This document shows, in pieces, positions 28,939 through 38,843 of a DNA stretch of 64,000 nucleotides. The DNA lies in the NCBI GenBank assembly GCA_963763775.1, contig CAVXPZ010000001.1:1507473-1571472 (forward strand), in the 5' to 3' direction. Within the stretch, counting starts at the first letter, position 1. Every line of letters starts with the position of its first letter. The notes beneath the pieces were generated by a model. It was not told where the DNA came from and did not search any database. It saw only the letters and a program-made list of their open reading frames with translations. The position numbers and the translations under genes are program-made. Origin of the DNA: an uncultured Chloroflexia bacterium. GTDB lineage: Bacteria > Chloroflexota > Limnocylindria > Limnocylindrales > CSP1-4.

Positions 28939-31900
28939 ATGCTGGGCGAGTCGACGTCCACTGGGCACGGCACGGCCCCTCGGGTGGCCGACGGCGGTGT
29001 GCTCGACCCCCTCGTGGGACCGCAATGCTCGCTCGCGGTCCAGCTGCGTCGCGCGACGGGCGCGGTGATCGGGCGGAATGCCGAGCTCGACGCGATCGGC
29101 CAGGAGTTGCGCGAGGCCTCCGGCCGCCTCGCCGCGGTGACCCTGGAGGGCGAACCGGGCATCGGCAAGACCCGCCTGCTGCTGGCCTCCAGTGAGCTCG
29201 CGTCAGCGGGTGGGTTCACGTGCGTCGCGATCGCGGCTGACGAGGAGATCCGCGGCCCGTTCCTCGTCGCGCGGAGCCTGTTCGCCTCCAGCGCGATCCA
29301 CGAGATGTCGGCCGGCACGCCGGCGGAGTCTGCCGTCCGGCGCGTGGTCGAGGCCATCTCCGGGCGGGACGAGCCGGGATTCGAGATGCTGTCGCCGGAC
29401 GCGAAGCTCCTCCGCGCCTTCGACCTGGCGGGCGTCGCGATCTCGACGCTCGCCGGGATCCGACCGTTGGCGATCCTCGTCGACGACGTCCAATGGGCCG
29501 ATGACGACTCTCTCCGGCTCCTCCGGTACGTCGTCCGCAGCGACGCCGATCGGCCGGTCTTCCTGTTCCTGACGATCAGGCCGGATGAGTTCGCGTCGGT
29601 CACCGAAGCGGTGAACTTCGTCGCCGACATGGAGCGGATGGGCCTGGTCCGACGGTTGCGGCCCGGCCGGTTCAGCTCGGTGGAGACGGCCGAGCTCCTC
29701 AAGCGTGTCCTCGGCGGTCCGGTCGAGGCGGCGTCCGCGGCCGCCGTCCAGGCCCAGTCGGAGGGCGTGCCATTCATCGTCGAGGAGCTGGCACGGACGC
29801 ATCGCGAGGCCGGGACGTTCCAGCAGATCGATGGTGAGTGGCGGCTCGGCCGCAACGCCGCCCGGCTCGTCCCGTCCGCGGTCCGGACGCTCATCGATCG
29901 CCGCGCCGCGCGACTCCCGGCCCGGACGCGGGCAGCGCTCGGCGACGCCGCGATCCTCGGCCGCAGCTTCAGCCTTCGCGACCTCAGGGCGATCCGGATG
30001 CGTGTCGGGGACGGCGAGGTCGCTGGGGAGGCAGCGACTCCCGACCGGCGTGGTCCATGGCGAGGCGGCTCCCTTGGACCCGGAACGAGGGACCAGGCGG
30101 CGGGACCGACCCGCTCGCCGACGATCTCGGGCCTGCCGTCCAGGCGGGGCTCCTGCTCGCGCAGGCGCTGGGCGAGCCCGCCGACTACACGTTCACGCAC
30201 GAACAGGTCCGCCAGTTCGCCGCGAACCAGCTCGTCGGCTGCCCGTCGTCGGCAGGTCCACGCCGCGGTCGTCGACCTGCTCCTGGAGGGTGGCGACCCC
30301 GCCCCGGCCGGCCTGCCGATGCTCGCTCAGCACGCGCTCGCGGCCGGCGACACGGGGCGGGCCGCACGGTTCTCGATCGACGCCGCCACGGCCGCTCTCG
30401 CGTCGAATGCCCCCGAGGAGGCGCTCCGCCTCGTCGAGCAGGCGCTCCCGGTCGTGTCGGCGCCGGCCGACCGGCGGGTCCTCCTCGCGACCCGTGACGA
30501 CGCGTTCGCCGTCCTTCGCCGGACGGGCGAACGGCTGGACGGCCTGACCGAGCTGGCCGCCCTCGCTGCGGCGATGCGCGATCCGATCGTCGAGCTCGAC
30601 GTGCAGCTCCGACGGGCATCGGCCCTCCGGATGAGCCACGACGAGGACGCCGCCGCGGAGCTGGCCCGCCACGTCGGCGTCCGCGCGGCCGAGCAGGGCG
30701 ACGGAGCCCTGGAGCTGCGAGCGTCACTCGAGCTCGGCCAGGCGCTCCTGCGGAGCCCACTCGGCGAGTCCTTCGGCGCGGCGGCCGTCGAGACCGACCT
30801 CGATGGCTCCGAGCAGGCCTACCGCCGCGCGATCGAGCTGGCGGAGCAGCTCGGCGACGAGCGCAGCCTCGCGGCGGCGCTCCGGGAGATCGGGATGATC
30901 GACTTCGCGCGCGGGCGGGCGTGGTTCGCGGGCGAGGTCCTCGCCGGCCGCGCGAGCGACGTGCTCGCGATCCTCGCGACGGGCGCGAGCGTCGAGGAGC
31001 TGCTCCTCTCGACGCCGGTCGCGCCGCTGTTCGTCGAGGCGACCCAGGTCCTCGCTCGGTCGCTGGACATCTTCGAGCGGCTCGGCGACCGAGCGGGCGT
31101 GATGTCGACGGTCATCGCCATGGCCTACGCCCAATACAGCCCCGTCATGCACCTGTCGTCCTCGGCGCGTCATCTCGAGGAGATCCGGCGCGTGACGAGC
31201 CGTCTGTCCGAGCTCGTCACGGAGAGCGAGCGGGCCCGTCTGGATCTCCAGATGCTGTTCGGCGTCCATGTCTACTCCATGGCCAAGGTGGTGCCGGACC
31301 TGGCCTTGTCCCGCGGCAAGGACGCGTACCGCGCGGCCAAACTCCAGGGCGACCGGACCATCGAGTTCCTCGCCGCCGGCGGCGTGGCGATGAGCCTGCT
31401 GGAGCTCGGCGACGTCGACGAGGCCGAGCGATGGATCGACCTGGCCGCCGCCGCGGCGTCCATGGTCGCGTCGCGATCGCGCGCGCAGCAGCTCGAGACC
31501 TGGCGTGGCATGGCCAGATCGCGTGCCGGGGACGTCGCGGGGATGCGCCGTCATCTCGAGCGCGCCGTGGCGCTGGCCAACGAGAGCGGCCGCGCATCCG
31601 CGCGGTGCGAGGCCCTGGCTCGCCTTGCCACCGAGTCGGCGCGCCTCGTCGGCGTCGGCGCGTCCGATGGTTCGCCGTCAGATGAAGCCGCACCGGATCC
31701 GGCGCTGGTCGAGCTCGTCGAGCGGTCGGCGGCGCAGGTGAAGGAGCTGCTGCCGCTCCTGCCCGGACACGCGCCGTGGGGCGCACAGACCGACGCCGCG
31801 CTGGCCACGGTCGCCCTCAGGCGCGGCGATATCCCGGGCGCCGCCATGGCCGGCGGGGCGGCCCTGGAGGCCCTCGAGGCCGGATTGCACGAGGACGCCA

Positions 31901-32374
31901 GCCTCGAGATCGTGATCCCGGCCGCCCGCGCGGTGCTCGCTGGTGCGCCGCCGGAGGTCCAGCGATCCGTTCGAGGGTTCCTCCTGTCGACCGTGTCCAG
32001 GATCGCCCAGGGAACGGCCGACGAAGCGATCCGCGTCCGGTGGCTCACCGGGCCCGTCGGTCGCGAGCTCGTCGAACTGGTCGGCCCGATGGACGTGCCG
32101 GCCGGCGCCAGTGCCGGAGTCGGCGAGTCCGGCGGCGCCATGCCGGGGTCGGCGATATCGGCGGCCGGTCCGGACCTCGAGGATGCCGAGCGCCGGCTGC
32201 TGCAGCTCCTGACCGAGGGCCGCACGAACGCCGAGATCGCCGCTGACTTCGGCGTCACCGAGGACGAGGTGGCCCAGCGCCTGGCGCGACTCCAGGCCCG
32301 GCTGGGGACATCGAGCCGGGCCGAGGCGACCTCGCTCGCGTTCCGCGGGCTTGGCGTCGGTGGGGTCGCGCTGA
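28939..32374 (+). CDS. STAND/AAA ATPase - helical repeat - LuxR HTH regulator (with apparent indels)
   Basis: IGRNAEL, GEPGIGKT, LVDDVQWAD, SEGVPFIVEEL; FTHEQVR lies in another frame near 30190; C-terminal LLTEGRTNAEIAADF. A TGA at 32372-32374 comes into frame if one base near 32353 is removed. Confidence 0.8.
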
Positions 32375-33108
32375 TGGCCATCCGGGCGCGGGTCGACCGC
32401 CACAAGTGCATCGGCGCGGGGAACTGCATCACCCTGGCCCCGACGGCCTTCGACTGGCTTGCCGGCGACTACGGCAAGAGCGACGTCGTCGGCGAGGACA
32501 CCGTCGACGAGGAGGTCCTCCGCGCGGCCGCCTTCGCGTGCCCGACCGCCGCGGTCATCCTCGAGGACATCTCGGAACTCCTGCCGTGGCAGCTGCGTGG
32601 CAAGGACGGCGCGTCCCGGCGGGTGCTCCGGACCTTCATGTTCACCGACATCGTCGGCTCGACGAGCCTGGTCGAGGCGCTCGGTGACGAGGCCTGGGAC
32701 ACGATGCTCCGCTGGCACAACACGGTCCTCCGTGAAGTGTTCACGGCGCAGGGCGGCCGGGAGATCTCCACCACCGGGGACGGGTTCTTCGTCAGCTTCG
32801 ATTCGCCCGACCTTGCCGTGGCGGCGGCGGTCGCGATCCAGCGGCGACTCGCCGAGCAGCGATCGACACAAGGCTTCGCGCCGCAGGTCCGGATCGGCCT
32901 CCATGCCTCCGGCGCGACGGAAGCGGGCGGCGATTTCCACGGCAAGGGCGTCCATGAGGCGGCTCGGATCGCCGCGCTCGGCGGGGCCGGCGACATCATC
33001 GCGAGCGTCGGCACCGTCGGAGCGTCGCACCGGACCTCCGATCCCCGGAGCGCGACGCTCAAGGGCCTGTCCGAGCCGATCGACGTCGTGAACGTCGAGT
33101 GGCGCTGA
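32374..33108 (+). CDS. Ferredoxin - class III nucleotidyl cyclase fusion protein
   Basis: VDRHKCIGAGNC...ACP (single-cluster, 3Fe-4S-like), followed by FMFTDIVGST, TGDGFF, VRIGLH, DFHG..VHEAARI. ATG lies in a TGATG overlap. Confidence 0.82.
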   Translation: MAIRARVDRHKCIGAGNCITLAPTAFDWLAGDYGKSDVVGEDTVDEEVLRAAAFACPTAAVILEDISELLPWQLRGKDGASRRVLRTFMFTDIVGSTSLVEALGDEAWDTMLRWHNTVLREVFTAQGGREISTTGDGFFVSFDSPDLAVAAAVAIQRRLAEQRSTQGFAPQVRIGLHASGATEAGGDFHGKGVHEAARIAALGGAGDIIASVGTVGASHRTSDPRSATLKGLSEPIDVVNVEWR

Positions 33109-33111
33109 CGC

Positions 33112-34212
33112 TCAGCGATCGCGGTCGAAGATGAGCCGCCGCGCGTTGCCGGCGTAGACCGCGCGCAGCACGTCGTCCGGCAGGCCCAGACCGTGGATCT
33201 GCCAGCGGCCCTGGATGCCGGGGCCGCCGTCCGCGTCGTAGTCGAACGACTCGTCACGGGTCTCGAGGAAGCGGGCGTGGACCGCCCACGCGGCTGCGTC
33301 CGGCGGCGCGTCGGTCCCGAACAGGACGCGGTCGGGCCAGCGGAGGATGAGGTCCCGCGCCGAGTACGGCTGCCGCCCGAGCTCGGCGATCCGTGCCGCG
33401 ATGTCCACGTTCCAGTTGGGGTAGGCCGCCAGCATCCGGTCCACCCGGCCCAGATCCTCCGGAACGCATCCCACGTGCGCCCCGATGAAGGTCGTCTCCG
33501 GGTGCCTCGCGACGACCGCCTCGAGGCCGTCGATGAGCTCGTCGAACGGCGGGAACCCCTCCTCGTCTGGTCGCCCGAGCGGCCTCGTCGGCCAGAAATG
33601 CCAGTCCGGGTGCTCGAGCAGCTCCTCGTAGCGCTCGTTCGTGGCGTCGAGCGGTTCGAAGAACGCGACCGGGTCCGCGACGTGGATCGTGACCGGCAGG
33701 TGGAGCGCCGCGGCCGTCGACCACAGCGGGTCCAGCCGCGCGTCGTCCACCGGCACGAGCCGTCCGGCGACGTCCCGTGCGCGCAACCCCAGCAGTTTCC
33801 AGACCTTGAGTCCGCGCGCGCCGGCGGCCGCGCCGGAACGGAGCCGGGCCGCCTCCACCTCCCCGAAGTCCGGGCGCTCGGCCCACATCGCGTAGTCGAG
33901 GCCAGCGAACACGGCGACCCGGTCGCCGAGCGGCGCCCACCGTTCGATCTCGCGCTCGAGCACATCGGCCCAGCCACCGTCGAGGTCGACGATGGCCTCG
34001 ATGTTCGAGGCGTCCATCGCGGCCGCCAGCTGCGCCGCCGTCCGCCCGCCCCAGCCGTCCGAGAACGGCGTCGGGCCAAGGTGGTTGTGCGCATCGATCG
34101 CCGGGTGCGACGGTCGGGCAGGCGGCTCGCCCGTTCGAAGCCGGAGCTGCGTCTTCGGCCGGAAGTCGACCAGGCGAAGGTCGCGAGGCGCCGCGGCCGG
34201 CTGGTGATCCAC
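33112..34212 (-). CDS. Amidohydrolase family protein
   Basis: IDAHNHLG, GLKVWK, IHVADP, GAHVG, ELGRQP, LFGTD. Confidence 0.85.
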   Translation of the reverse strand: MDHQPAAAPRDLRLVDFRPKTQLRLRTGEPPARPSHPAIDAHNHLGPTPFSDGWGGRTAAQLAAAMDASNIEAIVDLDGGWADVLEREIERWAPLGDRVAVFAGLDYAMWAERPDFGEVEAARLRSGAAAGARGLKVWKLLGLRARDVAGRLVPVDDARLDPLWSTAAALHLPVTIHVADPVAFFEPLDATNERYEELLEHPDWHFWPTRPLGRPDEEGFPPFDELIDGLEAVVARHPETTFIGAHVGCVPEDLGRVDRMLAAYPNWNVDIAARIAELGRQPYSARDLILRWPDRVLFGTDAPPDAAAWAVHARFLETRDESFDYDADGGPGIQGRWQIHGLGLPDDVLRAVYAGNARRLIFDRDR

Positions 34213-34217
34213 GAGCC

Positions 34218-35150
34218 TTACCCCTTGAGCCCGGACAGGGTGATGCCTCGAACGAAGTATTTCTGCGCGATCACGAACAGCACGATCATCGGGAGGAGGC
34301 TGACCAGGGCCCCGGCCATCATCTCCGGCCACTTGCCGACGAACTGGCCCTGGAAGAAGGCGAGGCCGACCGTCGTCGTGTAGTTGGGCAGGTCGCGCAG
34401 GTAGATGAGCGGGTCGAGGAGGTCGTTCCAGCTCCACATGAACTGGAAGATCGCCAGGGTCGCCAGGGCCGGCCGGGCCAACGGCACGTAGACGCGCAGG
34501 AAGATCTGCCACGGGTTGGCGCCGTCGACGCGGGCGGCGTCGGCCAGCTCGGTCGGGATGGCCAGGAAGAACTGGCGCATGAGGAACGTCCCGAAGGCGC
34601 CGCCGAAGAACGCCCAGACCCACAGCGGCAGGTTCGTCCCGATCCAGTTGCCGCTCTCGCTGAACGGCATCGGCAGGTATCGATAGAGGATGAAGTTGGG
34701 GACCAGCACGATCTGGAACGGGATGATCAGGGTGGCCAGGATCAGCGCGAACAGGACCCGCTTGAACCGGAAGTCGAGGACGGCGAACGCGAAGCCGGCC
34801 ATCGAGCACGTGATGAGCTGACCGATGGTGGCCAGGGAGGCGATGACGATCGAGTTCTGGAAGAACGTCCCGAAGGTCACGTCGGGCAGGGCGAACCACA
34901 TCCGCGTGTAGTTCTCCCAATGGAGCCCGGTCGGAAAGGACAGCGGGGCGGTCGAGAAGACCTCGGAGCGAGTCTTGAGCGAGGTCGTCAGCATCCACAG
35001 GAACGGGATCATCATCAGGAAGCCCCCGACGATGAGGGCGGTGTACGTGGCGGCGGTGCGGGCCCCCTTGCGCGTGCGACGACGCGTCGACCGACGAGGC
35101 GCACGCGGGCCACGGTCCTCCGCCGCGACGTTCGTCCGAGGCGTGCTCAC
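34218..35150 (-). CDS. Carbohydrate ABC transporter permease (MalG-like)
   Basis: PFLWMLTTSLK, FLMRQFF..IP.EL.DAARVDGA, WNDLLDPL. Confidence 0.92.
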   Translation of the reverse strand: MSTPRTNVAAEDRGPRAPRRSTRRRTRKGARTAATYTALIVGGFLMMIPFLWMLTTSLKTRSEVFSTAPLSFPTGLHWENYTRMWFALPDVTFGTFFQNSIVIASLATIGQLITCSMAGFAFAVLDFRFKRVLFALILATLIIPFQIVLVPNFILYRYLPMPFSESGNWIGTNLPLWVWAFFGGAFGTFLMRQFFLAIPTELADAARVDGANPWQIFLRVYVPLARPALATLAIFQFMWSWNDLLDPLIYLRDLPNYTTTVGLAFFQGQFVGKWPEMMAGALVSLLPMIVLFVIAQKYFVRGITLSGLKG

Positions 35151-35986
35151 TGGTAGTGCACCCATCGATCCTGGGTGCGGAAGTAGATGATCGTGGCGAC
35201 CGCGACGATGAGGAACATGATCCACGAGGCCGCGCTCGCGTAGCCCATCTTGAAGTTGCGGAACCCGGCCTCGTAGATGAAGTAGACGAGCGTGATCGTC
35301 GACTCGCCGGGCTTGCCCGGGTTCGCCATCACGTAGACCTGGTCGAACACCTGGAACGCGCCGATGAGCGCGAGGATGCCGGTGAAGAACAGTGAGGGCG
35401 TGAGCAGCGGCAGGGTGATCCACCGAAGGCGACTCCGGCGGCCCGCGCCGTCGACGCTCGCCGCGTCGTAGTACTCGGCCGGGATCGCCTGCAGACCGGC
35501 GAGGAAGATGATCACGTTGGCCGGCAGCGCCTGCCAGATGCTCATCGCGATGATCGAGGGCATCGCCAGCGTCGGGTCGCCGACCCACCGTTGCGGCGGG
35601 ATCCCGAAGAGGCCAAGGGTGCTGTTGAGCAACCCGGTCGGACTGTAGATCCACAGCCACACGAGGGCGATCGCGGTCGCCGACGTCACGAGCGGGAGGA
35701 AGTACGCGGTCCGGATCCAGGCGATGCCTCGGATGGCCTGGTTGAGCGCGAGGGCCAGGCCCAGCGCCAGCGTCATGCCGATCGGCACGGACACGACCGT
35801 GTAGAAGACCGTGTTGCGAAGGGCCTTCTGGAAGCGGTCGTCCCCGAGGAGGTTGACGTAGTTGTCGAGCCCGACGAACCGGGGCGCCGTCAGCATGTCC
35901 CACTTCGTCAGGCTGATCCCGAGGGCGGCCAGGATCGGCCCGGCGGACAGCACCGCCAGGCCGATGAGGGTCGGGGCGAGGAACAC
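35147..35986 (-). CDS. Carbohydrate ABC transporter permease (MalF-like); true start probably ~100 bp upstream
   Basis: FVGLDNY, RTAYFLP, FLAGLQAIPAEYYDAASVDGA, FQVFDQVY. Confidence 0.9.
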   Translation of the reverse strand: MFLAPTLIGLAVLSAGPILAALGISLTKWDMLTAPRFVGLDNYVNLLGDDRFQKALRNTVFYTVVSVPIGMTLALGLALALNQAIRGIAWIRTAYFLPLVTSATAIALVWLWIYSPTGLLNSTLGLFGIPPQRWVGDPTLAMPSIIAMSIWQALPANVIIFLAGLQAIPAEYYDAASVDGAGRRSRLRWITLPLLTPSLFFTGILALIGAFQVFDQVYVMANPGKPGESTITLVYFIYEAGFRNFKMGYASAASWIMFLIVAVATIIYFRTQDRWVHYQ

Positions 35987-36126
35987 CCACGCCCAGCGAG
36001 ACTCGCCCGCACGCGGGCCGCCCTTCGAGCGCGCGTGTGCCGGCTGTGGCCTTTCCTCGGCCGCGGCCCGGCCGGCGCACGAGGGCGGTCACGTCGATGG
36101 CCCTGCGAGCGCCGGTGGGCCCGACC

Positions 36127-37506
36127 TCACTGGGCCAGGAGCTGCTGGAGCTTCGGCGTCACCTCGTCCAGGGCGGCCTTCGCCGTCAGGTCGTCGTTAT
36201 TGAAGACCTTGGTGTCGAGCTCGTCCTGGAGCGTGCTGTTGAACTCGTCATACCCCTTGAATGACGGCTTGAGGTGCGCGTACGCGAGGGCGTCGGCGAA
36301 CGTCTTGCCGCCGTCGAACGAGGTCGCGTACTGGTCGGTCAGGACCTGCTTGTTGGCCGGCATCGAGGCCTTCAGCGACGCGATCATCGCCTGCAGCTGC
36401 GGACCGGTGTAGCACTTGACGAACTCCCAGGCGGCATCCGGCGACTGGCTCGCCTTGGAGACGACGACGCCGCTCGGGTTCACCGACGTGGCCGGCCCGG
36501 CCGGACCCTTCGGGAGGGGTGCCACGCCGAAGTCGAGCCCGGCCGCCTCGTGGGTCGGGACGAGCCACGAGCCGTTGGCCTCCATGGCCGCCTGACCGTT
36601 CTCGAAGGCGTCACCCGTGCCACCAGCGACCGGCTGCGGCATCACCTTGTCCTTGTAGATGAGGTCCTGGAGGAACTGGAGCCCCTGCGCCGCCTGGTCG
36701 GTGTCGATGACGACGCTCTGCTTGTCCGGGCTGAGGATGTCGCCGCCGGCCTGCCACACGAGGGACGACCAGAGGTTCTCCATGTCCGACGTCTCGGTGT
36801 AGAAGCCCCACTGCGAGGTGGTCGTGCCGGACGTCTTCGTGAGCTGCTTGGCGACCTCGGTCAGCTTGGCCCAGTCCCACGTCTCGTCCGGGTACGGGAC
36901 CCCGGCCGCATCGAACATCGCCTTGTTGTAGAAGAGGGCGATCGTATTGAGGTCGCGCGGCAGCCCGTAGTGATGGCCGTCCGGCGCGGTGAAGTCCTGG
37001 ACGGCGAGGTCGACCAGCTGGCCGGTGTCGAACCCGTCGCGAGCGATGAGCGGGTCGAGGTCCAGCAGGACGTCGCGCGTCTGGTAGTCGGGGAAGAGCG
37101 GCCCGTCCATCAGGAAGACGTCGGGCGCGTTGCCGCCGGCAAGGTCGGTCTGCAACTTGGGCCAGTACGAGTCCCAGTCCGAGACCGTGACGTTCACGGT
37201 GATGTTCGGGTTCAGCGCCTGGAACGCGTCCACGATCTTCTGCTGATTGGCCAGCTCGGTCGTGTCGCCCCACATCGCGAAGGTGATCTTGGCGGGAGCG
37301 CCGGTATACGACCCGCACTCGGCCGCCGACGCGGTCGAGGCGCTCGGGGCGACGGCGCCGCTCGCGGCAGCCGACGGGGCGGCCGGGCTCGAGGCGGCTG
37401 GCGCCGAACTCGCGGACGGGCTCGATCCGCTGCAGGCGGCGACGAGCAGGGTCACCGCGAGCACCGCCACGAACCTCGGGCGGCGGGCGGCTCGGATCAC
37501 TCGCAT
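36127..37506 (-). CDS. Carbohydrate ABC transporter substrate-binding lipoprotein
   Basis: LVAAC lipobox; AGGNAPDVF, YGLP, LFYNKAMF, FENGQAAM..NGSW. AGGAGGAG RBS. Confidence 0.92.
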   Translation of the reverse strand: MRVIRAARRPRFVAVLAVTLLVAACSGSSPSASSAPAASSPAAPSAAASGAVAPSASTASAAECGSYTGAPAKITFAMWGDTTELANQQKIVDAFQALNPNITVNVTVSDWDSYWPKLQTDLAGGNAPDVFLMDGPLFPDYQTRDVLLDLDPLIARDGFDTGQLVDLAVQDFTAPDGHHYGLPRDLNTIALFYNKAMFDAAGVPYPDETWDWAKLTEVAKQLTKTSGTTTSQWGFYTETSDMENLWSSLVWQAGGDILSPDKQSVVIDTDQAAQGLQFLQDLIYKDKVMPQPVAGGTGDAFENGQAAMEANGSWLVPTHEAAGLDFGVAPLPKGPAGPATSVNPSGVVVSKASQSPDAAWEFVKCYTGPQLQAMIASLKASMPANKQVLTDQYATSFDGGKTFADALAYAHLKPSFKGYDEFNSTLQDELDTKVFNNDDLTAKAALDEVTPKLQQLLAQ

Positions 37507-37523
37507 GGCGTTCTCCTCCTTGG

Positions 37524-38843
37524 TCAGCGCTTCCAGTCGGGGGCGGTCCCACCGAGCCATCTCGGTAGCCAGGCCGCCTCCGCGTCGATCAGCTCGTCGG
37601 TCATCCTCCAGGCCTCGTCGAGCGTGAGCCGGGCCTGGACCTGGGGGTCGGTGAGCACCGCGTGATAGATGAGGTCGCGGTCTTCGTCGAGCGCGGCGCG
37701 CACGGTCAGGTCCTGCGTGTCGACGGCCGGGCGCGTGTACACCGCGCAATGCGGCGGCAGCGGGTCGACGGCGATCGGGTGCACCCCGAGCCCGTCGACC
37801 AGGGCGGGCACCTCGACGCACGCGTCGCCGGAGAGGTTCGGGATGAGGCGACCGCCGTCGTTGGGGACGTTGACGACGATCCGGGACGGCTCGCCGGTCA
37901 GCATCGCGTGGACGATCACCGCGGCGTACTCGCCACTCCGCTCGATCTCGAACGGCTCGCCGGCGTCGAGTCGACGCTTCGTGTCGGCGTACTCGTCGAG
38001 GTTGTGGGCGACGCGGTCGAGGTACTCGCCGATCGGGATGTGGAACCGCTCCACGAGGTCGCCCTTCGGGATGAACCACGGGTTGTACTCGGCGTGGTGC
38101 TCCGAGGATTCCGTCGGATACAGGCCGAACCGCTGGAAGAGGTCGGCACGGACGAGGTCGTCGTCCGGGACCTTGCCGGCCTCCACGAAGGCTCGGAGGG
38201 CGGGATAGAGGTCGACGCCTCGATGCTCGAAGCGCGTGACCCAGGCGAGGTGGTTGAGGCCCGCCGACGCCGCGTCGACCTCGGCGACCGGCACGCCGAC
38301 GTATCCCGCCAGCCGGTCGATGGTCCAGTACACCGAGTGGCAGAGACCGATCGTGGGGACCCCGACGGCCTCGTCGACCGCGCGCACGAGCATCCCCATG
38401 GGATTCGTGTAGTTCAGGAACAGCGCGTCCGGGCAGACATCGACCATGTCGGCCGCGATCCCAAGGACCACCGGGATCGTGCGCAGCCCACGGAGGACAC
38501 CGCCCACGTTGATCGTGTCATTGATCGTGTAGCGGAGTCCGTAGCGTCCTGGGATGTCGAAGTCGACCTGCGTGGCTCGGGCGCCGCCCACTTGGATGGT
38601 GTTGATCACGACATCGGCGCCGGCAAGCGCGTCGCGCCGATCGAGCGAGCCGCGGACGCGCGGGGCGGCGCCGAGCACGTCCGCGGTCCAGCGTGCCATC
38701 CGCTCGGCCGTGTCGAGCCGGTCCGGATCGATGTCGTGGAGCACGATCTCGACGTCACGGAGTTCCGGGTACGACAGGATGTCGCCGAGCAGGTTGCGCG
38801 TGAATTCGACGCTGCCGGCGCCGACGAGCACGATCCGCGGCAT
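37524..38843 (-). CDS. GH4 alpha-galactosidase/alpha-glucosidase (MelA-like)
   Basis: IVLVGAGS, IQVGG, DT..VGG, LNYTNP, GLCHS, GLNH, TESSEH.AEY. Confidence 0.92.
   Translation of the reverse strand: MPRIVLVGAGSVEFTRNLLGDILSYPELRDVEIVLHDIDPDRLDTAERMARWTADVLGAAPRVRGSLDRRDALAGADVVINTIQVGGARATQVDFDIPGRYGLRYTINDTINVGGVLRGLRTIPVVLGIAADMVDVCPDALFLNYTNPMGMLVRAVDEAVGVPTIGLCHSVYWTIDRLAGYVGVPVAEVDAASAGLNHLAWVTRFEHRGVDLYPALRAFVEAGKVPDDDLVRADLFQRFGLYPTESSEHHAEYNPWFIPKGDLVERFHIPIGEYLDRVAHNLDEYADTKRRLDAGEPFEIERSGEYAAVIVHAMLTGEPSRIVVNVPNDGGRLIPNLSGDACVEVPALVDGLGVHPIAVDPLPPHCAVYTRPAVDTQDLTVRAALDEDRDLIYHAVLTDPQVQARLTLDEAWRMTDELIDAEAAWLPRWLGGTAPDWKR

Noticed and set aside
28939-33108. Single 1389-aa STAND-LuxR-ferredoxin-cyclase giant fusion (as in the ORF track)
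   Set aside because: Removing one base near 32353 gives ...FRGLASVGSR-TGA overlapping the ATG at 32374 (TGATG coupling). LuxR HTHs are normally C-terminal and indels are common in this window, so two genes are more likely. A true fusion is not fully excluded.
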